In this document: piece after piece, positions 61,863 to 64,000 of the stretch
Layout of the letters: each line of letters begins with the position of its first letter
Position numbering within the stretch: the first letter of the stretch is position 1
Assembly (NCBI GenBank): GCA_964016885.1
Contig: OZ024743.1
Coordinates: 306,156,001-306,220,000, forward strand
From: Eledone cirrhosa
Taxonomy: Eukaryota
DNA: 64,000 bases
Direction of reading: 5' to 3'
Program-made: the position numbers and the translations under genes
Notes under the pieces: model-generated
Databases searched by the model: none
What the model was told of the DNA's origin: nothing
The model's input: the letters and a program-made list of their open reading frames with translations, nothing else

Positions 61863-64000
61863 GTGTTGTAATTCTTGACACTTGTATTTGTTGATCTTTT
61901 TATTGTAATATTTGACACGGTTGTTGTTGTATTTGTTATCATTGTTGTTAAAGTAATTTCTGTTATTGTTTTTGTTTTTTTTACTAACTTCAGCAGCACA
62001 TATTCTAAAATTGTTGTTGTTTTTTATGCAGTTGTTGTTACTGCTGCTGCTGTTACTACTGCCGAATGTGTTGTAGCTCTTCATATTATCGTAAACATAA
62101 CTTTTATTTTCCTCCCACCCTTCTACGAAATAACCTGCTACCCCTTTTATTGGGCTATTCCATAATATTGACAGAACGACGCCAGTTTTTATTTATATAA
62201 TGTTGCAGCCTAGGGATCGCACCATCATAGCTTTTGGTCACGACAATATACACATTGATTCATTCTTCTCTCTCCCTCTCTAGTCTTTTTCCTTTTTTCT
62301 TTCTTTCTTTCTTTCTATATTTCTCCCCCCCCCCTCTATATCTCTCTCTTTCTCTCTCTCTCTCTCTTTGTGATTATGGGTGCGCATGAGTGTCTGCCTA
62401 TCTATGTGTGTGCCCCACCATGTAAATGTGTATCTATGTATGTGTATGTGTGTGTGTGTGTGCCAGGTCCTTCTTCCATCGCTTTTTTGTGGTTGTGTGT
62501 GCGTTTACATATGCGCATAAATCTCTTTCTATGGTGTGTGTGTGTGCGTATATCACATTCTATAGACATGTGTGTGTATGGTTGAGTCGATGTGTGTATA
62601 TTTGCATTGTACCGTGGCGTATATAGTGGTGCTCATGTATGTATGACTGTATGTGTATATGTGTTCCTCTGTGAGAATGTGTTTGTATGTGTGTTTGTCG
62701 TTTTGTGTACGACTGTGTACATGTGAGTGTGTGTGTCAATGCAGAAAAGTGTGTATAACAAAATGTGTGTCTATATGTATCATTGTGTATATGACTGAGT
62801 TTGTACGTTTGCGCGTGTTTTTATGTGCGGCTATACGTAGTCTCGTGGATGTGTGTGTGTGTGTGTGTGCATGTTAATTTGCATATGCCTTTACGTGTCT
62901 GCGTTTCAGTTTGTGGCTATGTATGTATGTTTTTATGTATGTATGCATGTCTCTGTGTGTGTGGTTATGTTTATGTATATTTGTATTAGGTTACTACGTA
63001 ATGTATATGATTATGTACGTGTGTATGTTTGAGTGAGTGTATGTGTGTGTGTGCATTGAAGTATGAATGTGGTTATATGTATATTTATGTATATAGTTGT
63101 GTACATGCATATGTGTTTTGGGGAGTTTAAATGTGTATGTGCGCACGCACCTGTGTGACTATGTGTATGAAAGTAATTGTTTCGTAGGTGAGTGTGTACA
63201 ACAACACAGCACGCCATTTTTCATTCCTATATGCTTTCCTCTTCGCTGTGACCTGTCTTTTTCTCTTCACTTAATGCTATCCTCTTTCTCTCTCCTTTTC
63301 CCTCTTACTCTCATTCTCCCTCTCTGCTGGCCACCCTCTCTCGGCTAGCCTCTTGCTCACACTTTCACCCACTCACTCTCTGCTACTCACCCTCTCTCAC
63401 TTCCTCCAACGACCGGTACCGTACGAAATTCTTTTCTCGCTCACACTTCGCACGGTGCGAATTGTCTTTCGTCTTCTCGTCATTGTTCGCAAGTTATGTT
63501 CAAATGAATCACTGACTTAATTTCCTCATTTGCCTCTCTTTACGTTGCCTCACCATTCATGTTTGTTCTCCTGTCTCTCTTTCTCCACCCAATCCTTTAT
63601 ATCCCAATAACTTATTTTAGTTATTGTTCGGGCTCGCCGGAGGTATCTGGTCTTTAATGCGAAGAAATACCTATGATGGTTAGTAGATCACTGATGATGG
63701 ATAGTCCTGGCTACTATTTCTAATTCGTCGGTTATTTTGTATATATATAGTAATAATAATAAATTTGAAGACTAAATCCAAAGAGGGCTCGATAAGGATA
63801 AATATATATCAAATATATAAGAACCGTAGAGCAAATATTTATTAAAATAACAGATTAAAGTTTAAGCAAAGAATCGCTGCTTTCACCCTTAACGGGATCT
63901 TCTGAAACTAACAAAGTCAATCTGTGAACGCAGAAGTGAATATTTAAAAAAACGTTGCAACCGGAGGAAGACAGGAAGACGATACTTTGGTTCGTGGAAA

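Noticed and set aside
61870-62075. Asn/Thr-rich ORFs in a (TTG)-rich tract
   Set aside because: Degenerate trinucleotide low-complexity sequence with no independent coding evidence.
63690-63908. CTGATGA at about 63690 and a minus-strand CAGAAGA..GAAA motif at about 63870-63908
   Set aside because: The first lacks a downstream GAAA; the second has a mutated core and no NUH or stem I.

Overview
This is repeat-saturated, AT-rich animal genomic DNA. The SINE, LINE and microsatellite content suggests an octopus or other coleoid cephalopod (inference). I can support no host gene; most listed ORFs are translations of (TA)n/(CA)n/(GA)n tracts. Contents: (1) Several Penelope-like retroelements (PLEs). 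At least four are Naiad-like, and one has an uninterrupted 722-aa RT plus GIY-YIG ORF between inverted pseudo-LTRs (pLTRs). (2) About 19 type I hammerhead ribozyme (HHR) motifs read by eye. Some lie in pLTRs; others lie in small non-coding modules flanked by (TA)n, including a 423-nt tandem unit and a 466-nt terminally redundant unit that look like retrozymes (circRNA templates). (3) A 17.4-kb head-to-tail stack of three full-length Tx1/L1-clade LINEs plus one stub, every junction being a (GATA)n tract. (4) RTE-type LINE fragments, about a dozen copies of a tRNA-derived SINE, a non-autonomous Helitron-like element and several fold-back palindromes. Motif coordinates were counted by hand; element boundaries are approximate.
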